DNA from: Octopus vulgaris | Taxonomy: Eukaryota | Direction of reading: 5' to 3' | NCBI GenBank assembly: GCA_951406725.2 | Contig: OX597831.1 | Span: forward strand, 44,330,001 to 44,394,000 | Length of the DNA: 64,000 bases | Shown here: positions 30,257 through 43,747 of the stretch, in pieces | How positions within the stretch are numbered: position 1 is the stretch's first letter | How the letters are laid out: each line of letters opens with the position of its first letter | Program-made: the position numbers and the translations under genes | The notes under the pieces: generated by a model | What the model was told of the DNA's origin: nothing | What the model saw: only the letters and a program-made list of their open reading frames with translations | The model's database searches: none

Positions 30257-30959
30257 TTTAATTTGAATTTAATTTATATCATTGATGGGTAACCCTGCGA
30301 CAGACCAGCGTTCCGTTCAGGTTGGGAATTTATACGCCATAAAAACTGGGAAACTGGCCCTTATGAGTCGGGATGACTAGAAAAGGTAACTTTACCTTCA
30401 ACCTTAACAGTACTTCCAAAGGAAAATGGACCTATTAAAACTCTTGGTGACATCAGACATTGGGCTCCATTAAACTGAGTGTGTTGTCCACCTGCAAGCT
30501 ACGGTTTTCTAATACCCTATAAATATAATTCTGTCGGTTCACTGTTCCATTTAGCTTCAATTGTGCTTCATCAGATCACACAATCGTTGTCACAAACACT
30601 TTATCTTAACCTACCATGTGTTGAAACCACTCACTAAACTCGATTCTGCGATTAGAATTGTTACCGTTAATTGCATGTAATAATATAAGGATGTAAAATT
30701 AGCTCTTATAAGAATGCGCCATATTCTTGTACTGCTTATTCTTGTCTTACGTGCACATTGTACGGTAGACTTCAGTTGCAAGCGTGTAAAATGTTCGAAC
30801 ACCATAAACGAGGAAGCAGAAACCTGATACAATACGAGGTCGGTTGGATTTTCCATTCTGCACATCACACACGGTAGAATGTTTTTCGAACTTATTAGGA
30901 ATCCCAGAAATTGTCAGACGTGTTGGCGGGGTTCTGTTCCAAACTTACGCCTCCATTCT

Positions 30960-31164
30960 CTTTACTCTTTACTCTTTTACTTGTTTCAGTCATTTGACTG
31001 CGGCCATGCTGGAGCACCGCCTTTAGTCGAGCAAATCGACCCCAGGACTTATTCTTTGTAAGCCCAGTACTTATTCTAACGGTCTCTTTTGCCGAACCGC
31101 TAAGTGACGGGGACGTAAGCACACCAGCATCGGTTGTCAAGCAATGCTAGGGGGACAAACACAG

Positions 31165-31232
<68 letters not shown>

Positions 31233-31405
31233 ATACATATATACGACAGGCTTCTTTCAGTTTCCGTCTACCAAATCCGCTCACAAGGCATTGGTCGGCC
31301 CGGGGCTATAGCAGAAGACACTTGCCCAAGATGCCACGCAGTGGGACTGAACCCGGAACCATGTGGTTGGTTAGCAAGCTACTTACCACACAGCCACTCC
31401 TGCGC
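30960..31405 (-). mobile_element. SINE family A, full length, young
   Basis: Near-identical to 40577-40985. Confidence 0.95.
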
Positions 31406-31883
31406 CTTTGTCGTAGAACTTCAACAACATTCTCGAATTTGAAATACCACTTTAAAATGGTCATACATTTCTTAAACTACAACGGCACCCCTGTCAATTT
31501 GTCACAGGTTTTTTTTTCAAATCTCAGAATAATGCCCATTCACAACAATTGATCAAACGCAACCTAGCTTTTTCAGGATCACACCTTACCAACAAGTGAA
31601 AGTATATTCAAAGTGAAACATTTTTTGGAGATTTTTTTATTGTGATTTCTAAAAAAGTCAAATTTTACAAAGCGAAACACGTTGAAAAAGGCCAGAATAA
31701 AGGACAAAATGGTTACAGGTAACTTGTATTAATCGCGTGATATCAGAAAAATCTGAATAAATTGAGTATTAAAATATTTCTACACGTTTCCCTTTCCCTG
31801 AACTGTGCATACATTTTTGGGGGGCCTCCGTCTTCCATTCTTTGGGCTTATTGTTTTCTTCTTTTCTTTTTTATTCTTTCCAT

Positions 31884-31918
31884 ATTTCTGATGAAGAACT
31901 CCGCTCGAAACGTTAAAT
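31884..31918 (+). ncRNA. Minimal type-I hammerhead in a PLE-like terminal repeat (about 31780-32015)
   Basis: ATTT-CTGATGA-AGAACTCCGCTC-GAAACGTT-AAAT. Helix I ATTT/AAAT, loopless palindromic helix III ACGT, GUU triplet, one mismatch in helix II. Confidence 0.8.
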
Positions 31919-32030
31919 CCTCCTTCTTTCTTTCCTTTCCGGAGCGTCCAATAACACTATACTTATTCCACGTCCTCGAGTTGTTGTGTTTTCTCTTTGT
32001 TCATGTTTGGATTAACTATATATATATACG

Positions 32031-32071
<41 letters not shown>

Positions 32072-32162
32072 ATATATATATATAATATATATATATATAT
32101 ATACATATATATACATATATATATATACATATATATATGTGTCTGTGTGAGTGTATATGTAT

Positions 32163-32235
<73 letters not shown>

Positions 32236-32271
32236 CACTCACACACATACATATATATACATCTACATATA

Positions 32272-32333
<62 letters not shown>

Positions 32334-32361
32334 CATATATCAATACATATACACATGCATA

Positions 32362-32397
<36 letters not shown>

Positions 32398-32550
32398 TGT
32401 ATGTATGTATGTATGTATGTATGTATGTATGTATGTATGTATGTATGTATGTATGTATGTATGTATGTATGTATGTATGTATGTATGTATGTATGTATAT
32501 AGTGTACTGCTCCGTGATAGGAAATTCAAGAAAAACAGTACTCCATATGT

Positions 32551-32613
32551 GGGTTGTGTCTGATGAATATGTTTGAGATATTTCTCAGCATATGAAAATA
32601 TTTGTAGGACCTA
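32551..32613 (+). ncRNA. Partly decayed hammerhead
   Basis: CTGATGA-ATATGT TTGAGA tatt TCTCA GCATAT-GAAA-ATATTTGTA. Helix II pairs well; helices I and III are imperfect. Confidence 0.55.
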
Positions 32614-32643
32614 ATGACATGTATTGTGTCCTTTAAGTAAATA

Positions 32644-32679
<36 letters not shown>

Positions 32680-32963
32680 GTGTGTGTGTGTGTGTGTGTA
32701 ATACATAATATATAAATAGTCTTCAGACGATTCTGAGTTGCAACGTATTGGGTTTTGTATTAAATGATCTTTGTACAATGTAAAATATATTTTCGTATTT
32801 TTTACGGTTCTTATATTGCTGCTCACACGTGCACACATACACATACATACACGTATGTATATTTACGCATATTCACAGAAATGGGCATACATACATATAG
32901 ATATCAATACAATACATTTGCAAAAGCGTACAAGTATACACATAAACACAAAATGCACACATT

Positions 32964-33150
32964 TACGAGCAGTGCTGAAAAGTTCCTGGTTTTGGGTAAA
33001 AGAAAATACAGGAGGATCAGTTAATTATGGGTTTACTCAACATATTCCCCTCTCAGATTCACACACTTAATGCAGTGGTCCTTCAGATTTTCTAAGCCTT
33101 GTTAAAGAACTCGTTGGGTTGGGCCTCCAACCACGACTTTCGCAATATTC
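32964..33150 (-). mobile_element. Mariner terminal fragment
   Basis: TA-CGAGCAGTGCTGAAAAGTTCC TIR; same family as 3226-3419. Confidence 0.7.
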
Positions 33151-33159
33151 TTAAAGGCA

Positions 33160-33424
33160 AAGGCGGTGAGCTGGCAGAAACGTCAGCACGCTGGGCGAAA
33201 TGCTTTGCGGTATTTCGTCTGCCGCTACGTTCTGAGTTCAAATTCCGCCGAGGTCCACTTTGCCTTTCATCCTTTCGGGGTTGATTAAATAAGTACCAGT
33301 TACGCACTGGGGTCTATATAATCGACTTAATCCGTTTGTCTGTCCTTATTTGTCCTCTCTGTGGTTAGCCCCTTGTGGGTAGTAAAAGAAATAGGTATTT
33401 CGTCTGTCTTTACGTTCTGAGTTC

Positions 33425-33428
<4 letters not shown>
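33160..33428 (+). mobile_element. SINE family B, multimeric subfamily truncated in its 2nd unit
   Basis: Same unit as 38733-39321. Confidence 0.85.
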
Positions 33429-33483
<55 letters not shown>

Positions 33484-33485
33484 AG

Positions 33486-33565
<80 letters not shown>

Positions 33566-33688
33566 TAATAAAGATAAAATCATTAGTTAATGAATTTATC
33601 AGTAGCCATACTAAAATACCATAATGGTTAATATATATTAAAATTTCTATAAGGGCATTGAATAATTTCAACGCCTTATGTTAGGCGT

Positions 33689-33750
33689 TTACCACTGAAG
33701 ATCGGAAAGTGTTTTAATAAATCAAACCGTGAAATCTATAGATAAGGTAA
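33689..33750 (+). ncRNA. Minimal type-I hammerhead within an inverted-repeat insertion (arms 33632-33675 / 33869-33912)
   Basis: TTACCA-CTGAAGA-TCGG...CCGT-GAAA-TCTATAGA-TA-AGGTAA. Perfect palindrome ATCTATAGAT, AUA triplet, helix I TTACC/GGTAA. Confidence 0.8.
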
Positions 33751-33902
33751 TATCCAAATTATTTTATAAATCTTCGCTGTGTATAATTTCCTCGCTTACA
33801 GCCTTGTGGTAGTGAAGTAAAAATTTCTAGTGATTCATAGACTATTTGGTGTCTATTTCTAGCAGACTGGCGTTGAAATTATTCAATGTCCTTATTGAAA
33901 TA

Positions 33903-33980
<78 letters not shown>

Positions 33981-34308
33981 TTCAAATTACGATGACCGTA
34001 AACAAATAAATGAAGTTTGCTTTAGAAGGGTTGAGATGTCTTAGAAAGTTAAAGACGTGATTTTAAATTGTCAAACGCAGGATAATGCTAATAATATAGA
34101 CTGAACAGGGAAAGCTACCCCTAGTTTGCAGAAAAATGTGTTGGCGGCCGGCTATCAGCCGAAATTGTGAGGACGATCCGTTTCTTGACTGAAGATAAAA
34201 GGCTTCGAATGAACCGTCCGTGTTTTTTGTATCGTCTATCTGGATGTTTTGTTGTCCCCTTTTGTATCATCTAGTTGTCCGGATGTTTTGCGTTCTTGTC
34301 CCATTTTG

Positions 34309-34377
<69 letters not shown>

Positions 34378-34919
34378 TATACGTATATACATATACTTAT
34401 ATATATATATATACATATATATATACACGTATATATACATATATATCTACGTATATACATATACATATATACATATATATATATATATATGTAACAAAAA
34501 AGTTAGTTCTGAAATCTCTCTTAGAGATGATCGCAGTAGTTGTACTAGCAAGTAATATTCGTAACCACCTCAACATGGCTGTTCCGTTCGAACGGACTTA
34601 CTGTGATGTTTGAACCCCAAGAGGACATCGGCTCTAGCTGGTTAACGATGCACGGAGAGAGAGAGGGAGGTGCGAAATATATGAGTTTGTGTCATGCTCC
34701 CCTAACAATTAATCCCTTATGCCATAAAACCGGATGTTCTACCGTTTAGATCAAGGATACGGAACTAACGTAACTCAGGCCCGATGCGGCCCTTTATGAC
34801 CTTTTATTTTTTTATGAAACACGTCTATTGACATGATTATATAAACATTGTAAGTTTTCTGCTCCAATATTGTAACACAATCTTTAGGGTTAGCTCTGCT
34901 TATTTAAATAATTTTATTT

Positions 34920-35605
34920 CTCACTCTTTCTCCCTGTCTCTCACTCTCACCTACTTGCTCTCTCACCCATTCACTTTCCCTCTCTCATCCTATCTGTCTC
35001 TCGCTCTTTCTCTCTCAAGCACACACATTTTCTCACTTTCATTCTGCGTTTCTCGCTATCTATCGCTCTTGCCCTCCCGTTCAACCCTCTCTTTCACACT
35101 TTCTCTCTGTCTCTCTATCGCTCACACTTTTTCTCTTACTCACACACGTTCTCTCCTTTCTCTCTCTCTCATTTCTCTCTCTCTCTCTCATTTCTCTCTC
35201 TTCTCTCTTTCTCTCTCTCTCTCACACACACACACGCGCATTTTCTATATTTTTCTCTATCTGTCTGTCTCCCTTCCCCCTCTCTTTCACTCACTTACTC
35301 ACTCACTCTCTTCCACTCTCTCTCACTCTCAATCTCTCACTCTCTCACTCTCACTCTCTCACTCTCACCCTCTCACTCACTCTCTCTGACTCCCTATCTC
35401 ACTCTTACTCTCTCACTCTCCAGTCTCCCTCTCACTCCCTCTCTTTCCTTCTTTCCCTCTCACTTCCCCTCTCTTTCTCTCCTTCTCTCTTATTCCCTCC
35501 CTCCCTCACTCTCTCTCTCATTCTCTCTCACTCTCTCTCTCACTCTCTCTGTCTCACTTACTCTCTCTCTCTCTTTCTCTCTCATTCACTCACGCTTTCT
35601 CTCAT
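34920..35605. repeat. (CT)/(CTCA)-rich low-complexity tract
   Basis: Direct inspection. Confidence 0.9.
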
Positions 35606-36187
35606 TTTTTTTTAATGCTTTATTTTATGTACGACGTAGTGTACTTTGTACTCCATATGATGTTTGTCCAATTATCATTTTAGTGGAGTGGCCCTGTTTA
35701 TGAAGGGCAATATCTCTTAAGACCCACAACATAAAAAACAAAAAAAAAATGCTTTCTCATGTTTGTTCTACGAGATCAATAATTCTCAAACTGCTTGTTT
35801 TTTTGTTTTTAATATCGTCTTTTATTTTATTAACACATTTTTTCAGCACCTCCTTCTTCAACAAAATTAAATACACCATTAAAAAACAAAATATTGCAGC
35901 CGACAAGTTTATCGCCATTAAACGACAACTTTTACGTAAGACATTTCAGCAATGTAATATGTATATAATAAATATATATATATAAACCCTCATATATATA
36001 TGCACAAATATATATACATACGCATGAACCTACATCTCTAGGTATATGCAAATAAGGCAGTCAGCTAGCAGAACCGTTAGCACGATGAGCAAATTGCTTA
36101 GCGGCATTTCGTCTATTTTTACGTTCTGAGTTCAAATTCTACTGAGTTCAAATTCACCTTTCATTCTTTCGGTGTCGATAAAATAAG

Positions 36188-36644
36188 GGATCTTTTCGGT
36201 TTGAACGGGCAGTTTTTTCTAGCGGTGTCATATGAAATTGTCACCCATAATTATGACCCTAGAATTGATCTATTGCATTTCAATCTCTTTTAGGGTTAGG
36301 GTTTGTTAGGGTTAGTTATGGTTATGGTTAGGGTTAGGGTTAGAGGTGGGGGAAGGGTATCGTTTTTTCTTCACAAATGTAAATAAACCCAATCTGTTTC
36401 TTAAACGAGGGACATATTCATACGGCACAGAATGCTTTTTAACTCAATAGACGTCACTGATTGGTTGAAATTGCAGAAATTGAAGAAAAAAAAACAACAA
36501 ATATCTTACAAACTATAGAATTTTCTCAATAAAGCCGAGAGAAAAAAAGATGTTTTATAAACACATTCTACCAGTATACGAAGTTTAAAATTTTTAGTTA
36601 CCTAGAAATTATGTTAAAAGCTGCCGTTCAAACCGAAAAGATCC
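36188..36644. mobile_element. MITE with GG-initiated TIRs, 8-bp TSD and internal TTAGGG-like repeats, inserted in a SINE B (36054-36737)
   Basis: GGATCTTTTCGGTTTGAACGG / CCGTTCAAACCGAAAAGATCC; TSD AAAATAAG at 36180-36187 and 36645-36652. Confidence 0.9.
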
Positions 36645-36776
36645 AAAATAAGTACTACTAACTGAGCACTAGGGGTCGATGTAATCGACTTACCCCTTCT
36701 CCGAAATTGCTGGCCTTTTGGAAAAATTTGAAACCGATATGTGTGTATAAGTGAATGCGTGTGTATATATGTGTGT

Positions 36777-36854
<78 letters not shown>

Positions 36855-36856
<2 letters not shown>

Positions 36857-37140
36857 AGGTGCAATGGCCCAGTGATTAGGGCAGCGAACTCGCGGTCGGA
36901 GGATCGTGGTTTCGATTCCCAGACCAGGCGTTGTGTGTGTTTATTGAGTGAAAACACCTAAAAGCTCCACGAGGCTCCGGCGGTGGGGCGGGGCGACCCC
37001 TGTTGTACTTTTTCGCGCCAACTTTCTCTCACTCTTTCTTCCTGCGATGGACTGGCGTACCGTCCAGCTGGGGGGAACACATACGCCACAGAATCTGGGA
37101 AACCGGGCTCGTGAGCCTGGCTAGGCTTGAAAAGGGCGAA
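36855..37140 (+). mobile_element. SINE with family C head and an alternative tail
   Basis: Tail ctgcgatggactggcgt..atacgccacagaatctgggaaaccgg resembles 27200-27295 and 30290-30390. Confidence 0.8.
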
Positions 37141-37154
37141 AAATTAAAAAAATA

Positions 37155-37191
<37 letters not shown>

Positions 37192-37494
37192 CAGAGAGAG
37201 AGAGAGAGGGAGAGAGAGAGAAAGAGAATACAAATATTAAATGAAACAGAAATACAATTGTCAAACTAACTATTTATTTACATTTATAATATAATATAAT
37301 ATAATATAATATAATATAACAAGATAACATAACAAATTTTAACAAAAAACATATAAAACCAACAATTTGTTTCGACTTATATACATTTGCATTTTGTACT
37401 TATGCCATTTTGTTTTCTGTGGTATTTAACTGCTGCACCAGCGAATTGGATGTTTTACATCCCTAGAAGGAATTGTTTTGTCCATCGTTTGTTT

Positions 37495-37532
<38 letters not shown>

Positions 37533-37824
37533 AATTCTTATATACATTCCAACTCACCACGTGGGGATAATCGAAATTCCTCTTTTCTGTTACTACTATA
37601 TATATATATATTTTAATTCCAAGAATTTTAGAGGTTGTGAATCCAACCAACTGAGGGATAATATCTATCCAATATTTGTTATATTTTATATATGTAAAGC
37701 ATGATATGTTATACATGTATGTATATTTTTATAATTGTTCTTTTAGTAAATAAATAAATTGACATAATATAATGTCTAAAAGTGGATAAATACCACCTAT
37801 TGATCTCCTCCATTTTCTTATTGG

Positions 37825-37902
<78 letters not shown>

Positions 37903-37905
<3 letters not shown>

Positions 37906-38315
37906 TACATTAAAAGGCTTCTAAAAGAAGAAGTGAGTACTAGATACACAAAAATTGGATAAATTCTGCGCAATGATCTGAAAAGTTAGAGAATGCAAAT
38001 CAGTAGAGTCGCACATGCTTCTATTGATATGTACTTCTAGGATAACAGGTTACTTACTGAAGAATCTGACCTGAGCAGATAAATTATATTTAATGCTGAA
38101 AAAGACGAAACTGCAGTATAAGATGAACCGAGTTTGTAAACGTTTTTAACTTTCATTTCACTGAATTTATCCAATTTTTGTGTATCTAGTACTCACTTCT
38201 TCTTTTAGAAGCCTTTTAATGTACTTATATATGAATAACATATAGCCTAATGGCTAAAATGTCTTTTGTGCTAGATCACCGGCAATAATAATTTATTTTA
38301 TCGCCTTTTTACTAT

Positions 38316-38320
<5 letters not shown>
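37903..38320 (+). mobile_element. Short PLE-type insertion in (TA)n with perfect 64-bp inverted arms
   Basis: 37903-37966 is the exact reverse complement of 38163-38226; hammerhead between the arms; about 95-bp tail. Confidence 0.85.
38053..38122 (+). ncRNA. Minimal type-I hammerhead ribozyme
   Basis: CTTA-CTGAAGA-ATCT...AGAC-GAAA-CTGCAG-TA-TAAG. Helix I CTTA/TAAG, palindrome ACTGCAGT, GUA triplet; first helix II pair is an A-C mismatch. Confidence 0.8.
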
Positions 38321-38369
<49 letters not shown>

Positions 38370-38732
38370 ATGCGACCTCATATATTGTTTTAAATTTTGA
38401 CACAAGACCGGAAATTTTAGGTAGAGTAGTGGAAGTCGATTATATCGACTTACGCTTCAGAACTGGTACTTATTTTTGTCGATCCCAGAAGGGATGAAAG
38501 GAAAAATAGGCCTCACCAGAATTAGAACTCGGAACGTAAGGCGTCGGAAGAAATGTCACAAAGCATCTTGTCTGATGTGCCAACGATTGTACCACATGCC
38601 CGCTATTTTATTGACTTCTGATATTGATTGCAAATTCTGGCGCAAGGTCTGCACTTTCGGGGAAGGGGGAGGTTGATTACATCGACCCCCCCCCCCCAAT
38701 GTTCAACTGGTGTTTATTTTATTGAACCCGAA

Positions 38733-39321
38733 AGGTGGCGAGCTAACAGAATCGTTAGCACACCGGGCGAAATACTTAGCGGTATTTAGTCTGCCGCTAC
38801 GTTCTGAATTCAAATTCCGCCGAGGTCGACTTTGCCTTTCATCCTTTCGGGGTTGATTAAATAAGTACCAGTTACGCACTGGGGTCGATATAATCGACTC
38901 AATCCGTTTGTCTGTCCTTGTTTGTCCTCTCTGTGTTTAGCCCCTTGTGGGTAGTAAAGTAACAGATATTTGGTCTACCGCTACGTTCTGAGTTCAAATT
39001 CCGCCGAGGTCCACTTTGCCTTTCATCATTTCGGGGTCGATTAAATAAGTACCAGTTACGCACTGGGGTCGACATAATCGACTTAATCCGTTTGTCTGTC
39101 CTTGTTTGTCCTCTCTGTGTTTAGCCCCTTGTGGATAGTAAAGAAACAGATATTTCGTCTGCTTTTATATTCTGAGTTCAAATTACACCTAGGTCGACTC
39201 TGCCTTTTTTATCCTTTCGTGGTCGATGAAATAAGTACCAATTGAGCACTGGGATCAATGTAATCGACTTAATCCCCCTGCCCGAAAATTTCAGACCTTA
39301 TGCCTTTAGTAGAAAAGATTA
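38733..39321 (+). mobile_element. Multimeric SINE B (one head, three body units of about 180 bp)
   Basis: Unit ..TTCTGAGTTCAAATT..GCCTTTCATC..AGTACCAG restarts at about 38798, 38981 and 39168. Confidence 0.9.
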
Positions 39322-39324
39322 TTT

Positions 39325-39580
39325 TTATTATCATTATTTTTACTTTTACTCTCCACGTTTGTTACAGTCACTTGCCGAGACACACCCAATGTCCTGGGGC
39401 GAGTGAAGGATAAGAGATGTTACAGTAAGACTGAAAGCTTGGGGAGGAGAGGAACCGAAATATCTTCATGTAACGTAACACAGACATTTAAATATGGTTT
39501 TTCTAAGGATGTGGGCTGTACTTGTCAGCACAATCTTTTGGATTTCTCTGAGACATGGTTCTCCTGGGATCTTATCTAGA
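39325..39580 (-). mobile_element. 3' end of R4/Dong-like LINE in (TAA)n
   Basis: LDKIPGEPCLREIQKIVLTSTAHILRK, with (AAT)n at the 5' junction and an AAT-like tail. Confidence 0.8.
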
Positions 39581-40576
39581 TTATTATTATTATTGTTGTT
39601 GTTGTTGTTGTTATTATTATTATCATTCATACCGAGAAGGTAGATTAAGGAAACTGATGCATTGAAGACTAATATAAATAGACTTTCTAAGCAAGTATCA
39701 TAAGGTCTGCGTGCTGTTGATACAAGGTGGACATTAATAGACAATACTTTAAGCTGATTTCTCATTTCCAGTTTCTGGTCAACTAAAAGATTGCGATCAG
39801 AAGACACGGTTTGGAAAAACGAATTGAAAACAAAAACAAACGTAAAGACAACATAAGAAGATACTTAATTCGTTCCTTTTATATTTATCTAGATTTTTCT
39901 TTCTGTTTTGCTTTCAGCATCTACCATAATCATACATAGCAATTCGACGGCGACTTAATACCGTGGGTGTTTGTATGTATATACATAGATACACACACAG
40001 ACACACGCATAATTATATCTATTAACTTATACATGCTTAACAACATACAAGCATAAAAGCAGTTGCACCATATATCAATAAACACTTTGGCTGCTGTTAA
40101 TGGTTACAAATTTTGGTAGAAGACCACTAAGTTCGTGGGAGGAAGTAAGTCGATTACATCGACACCCCCACCCCCGTGTTCATCTATTACTTATTTTATC
40201 GATCTCGAAAGGGCTAAAGGTAAAAATCGACCTCGGTGGAATTTGAACTCAGAACGTAAAGACGGGCGAAATGCCGCTGAGCATTTTGCCCGGCGTGCTA
40301 ACGAGTCTGCCAGCTCGCCGCCTTCAGCTGATGTTAACAACGGTTTCAAGTTTTGGCACAGAGCCAATAGTTATTGAAGGGAGTTAGAAATCTTATTTTA
40401 TCGGCCCCGAACGGATGAAATGCAACGTCGGCTTCAGTGGTATTTGAACTCATAACGTAAAGCCATAAGAAATACCATAAGGCAGTTTTACCTGACGTGC
40501 TAACGATTCAGCCAGTTCACAACATTAGTCAAATATTTATAATATATTTGTGTATGTGTATGCGTATATATATATA

Positions 40577-40982
40577 CTCTTTTACTCTTTTACTTGTTTC
40601 AGTCATTTGACTGCGGCCATGCTGGAGCACCGCCTTTAATAGAGCAACTCGACCCCGGGACTTATTCTTTTGTAAGCCCAGTACTTATTCTATCGGTCTC
40701 TTTTGCCGAACCGCTAAGTAACGGGGACATAAACACACCAGCATCGGTTGTCAAGCAATGCTAGGGGGACAGACACACAAACACATACATATATATATAT
40801 ATATTTATATATACATATATACGACAGGCTTCTTTCAGTTTCCGTCTACCAAATCCACTCACAAGGCATTGGTCGGCCCGGGGCTATAGAAGAAGACAGT
40901 TGCCCAAGATGCCACGCAGTGGAACTGAACCCGGAACCATGTGGTTGGTTAGCAAGCTACTTACCACACAGCCACTCCTGCG

Positions 40983-40985
<3 letters not shown>
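40577..40985 (-). mobile_element. SINE family A, full length
   Basis: Complete head and tail. Confidence 0.95.
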
Positions 40986-41055
<70 letters not shown>

Positions 41056-41159
41056 TATATATAAATAAAAAATATATATATATATATATTATTCCCTAAA
41101 AAGAAATAAAAAATATATATTTTTTTTTTTTTTTTTCCTTTTTTAGGGAATAAAAATTC

Positions 41160-41852
41160 CGGCATCACAGAGGTTCAAATTATTCTCAATGAGGAAATAT
41201 ATATTTTTTATTTAGAGATAGTAGTTCCCTTCATCCCACCATATAAAAAAAATTTAATATAATTTAATACTTACTACTCATATCTCGGCTACACGCGTTT
41301 CTTGAGGTTCATTTTCCCGTTCCTTAACCGCGCCGCGTTTTGCAGGAACCGTTCTTAAAATGTAACCCCAATCATCAGGCCTCTAAATAACTTTATCATA
41401 GTTTGATACTAAAAACTATATTTTAATTATAAAATTTTAAATTTTAAACATATAAGTATGTGTATGCGTAAATAGGTTCGCCGGACCTTACTGTGCAAGC
41501 CGTAATTTAATTCAAATAAAAAATAAAAAATAAAACATAACAAATAAAAATAAAAATAAAAAATACGAATAAAAAGTAAAAAGTTACAAAAATTATGTTA
41601 ATGCTAAACTATGTTTAAAATTTAAAATTTAAAATTAAAATATAGTTTTTAGTATCAAACTATGATAAAGTTATTTAGAGGCCTGGTGATTGGGATTACA
41701 TTTTAAGAAAGGTTACTGCAAAACGCGGCGTGGTTAAGGAACCGGAAAATGAACCCTAAGAAACACGTGTAGACAAGATATGAGGAGTAAGTATTAAATT
41801 AAATTAAAATTCTTTTATATGGTGGGATGAAGGGAACTACTAACTCTAAATA
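41160..41852. mobile_element. PLE-type fold-back insertion: inverted arms of about 245 bp, each with a hammerhead
   Basis: Arms about 41209-41452 and 41610-41852, similar but diverged; A-rich spacer. Confidence 0.85.
41287..41381 (-). ncRNA. Type-I hammerhead with a 70-nt helix II
   Basis: GGC-CTGATGA-TTGGGGTT..CATTTT..GTTCCT..AGGAAC..AAAATG-AACCTCAA-GAAA-CGCGTG-TA-GCC. The plus-strand twin at 41680-41774 has CTGGTGA and palindrome ACACGTGT. Confidence 0.85.
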
Positions 41853-41878
41853 AATAAATAAATAAATATATATATATA

Positions 41879-42042
41879 GGCGCAGGAGTGGCTGTGTGGT
41901 AAGTAGCTTGCTTACCAACCACATGGTTCCGGGTTCAGTCCCACTGTGTGGCAACTTGGGCAAGTGTCTTCTGCTATAGCCTCAGGCCGACCAAAGCCTT
42001 GTGAGTAGAAACTGAAAGAAGCCTGTCGTATATATGTATATA

Positions 42043-42106
<64 letters not shown>

Positions 42107-42260
42107 ACTTAGCGGTTCGGCAAAAAGAGACCGATAGAATAAGTACTGGGCTTACAAAGAATAAGTCCCGGGGTCGATTTGCTCGACTAAAGGCGGTGCT
42201 CCAGCATGGCCGCAGTCAAATGACTGAAACAAGTAAAAGAGTAAAAGAGAAAAGAGTAAG
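41879..42260 (+). mobile_element. SINE family A (internal deletions)
   Basis: GGCGCAGGAGTGGCTGTGTGG head, full tail. Confidence 0.9.
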
Positions 42261-42344
42261 AGTATATATATATATGAATGCGAGAGTGTGTTATTTAAAT
42301 AACATGTATCAACATATATGCGTGTGTGTTTGTGTGTGTGTCTA

Positions 42345-42920
<576 letters not shown>

Positions 42921-43363
42921 CATATATCACTCTGGGATTTTGCCAATCTACCACATATGTAAACGCTTAGTGTAACCAATATTCCATTTCAAAATGTAGC
43001 CAATATATAACCATTTGAATATGTAACCAATATTCTATTGTAATATTCAGGACATCATGATTTGGGACATATTATTCTTATGAAAGACAGTCAAGCAGCG
43101 ACCTAATCTGGATTATCCCAGTTTACTTCGTTTGCTTCACTAATGCCTTTGGGATCAGATATGAATTCCATAATAATCCATTTGCTCCTCTCCGAAAATC
43201 CAGCGGCCATTTTTGTGCTTAATAGAGAAATAAACTAGAAATTTGCTTCCCAACCACATGACTCCAGATTCAGTCCCACCTTAGGCAAGTGTCTTCTACT
43301 ATAACCTCGTGCCGACAAAAGCCTTCTGAATGGGTTTGGCAGATGAAAACTGAAAGAAGCCCA

Positions 43364-43446
<83 letters not shown>

Positions 43447-43747
43447 ATTTTAAAATTATACGGCCAAATCCCACTGGATCGACGTTGCCTTACAGTTTTT
43501 CAACGTCTGTATATCTGTAGCGTAAGTACCAGTGGAATACTGCAGTCGATTTAACCGACTATACACCTTGCTCAATATTGGCTTCAAACTTTGGTACCAG
43601 GCCAGCAATTCTGAGGAAGAGGGTAAGTCGATTACATCGACCCCAGTACTCAACTGATACTTATTTTATCGACCCTGGAAGGTTGGAAGGCAAAGTCGAC
43701 CTCGGTAGAGTTTGAACTCACACCTTTCCCAATATTATACGCTCCTT

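Noticed and set aside
34186-34215. CTGAAGA...GAAT in a (TA)n-flanked insert (33978-34310)
   Set aside because: Core too degenerate to call, though the insert may be another PLE tail.
34490-34880. Possible solo LTR (TGTAAC start)
   Set aside because: No clear matching terminus, TSD or second copy.
36290-36343. Interstitial telomere or fusion scar
   Set aside because: Lies inside a TIR element with a TSD.
38733-39321. Regularly spaced repeats resembling a CRISPR array
   Set aside because: The units are whole duplicates with no unique spacers; eukaryotic SINE context and no cas genes.
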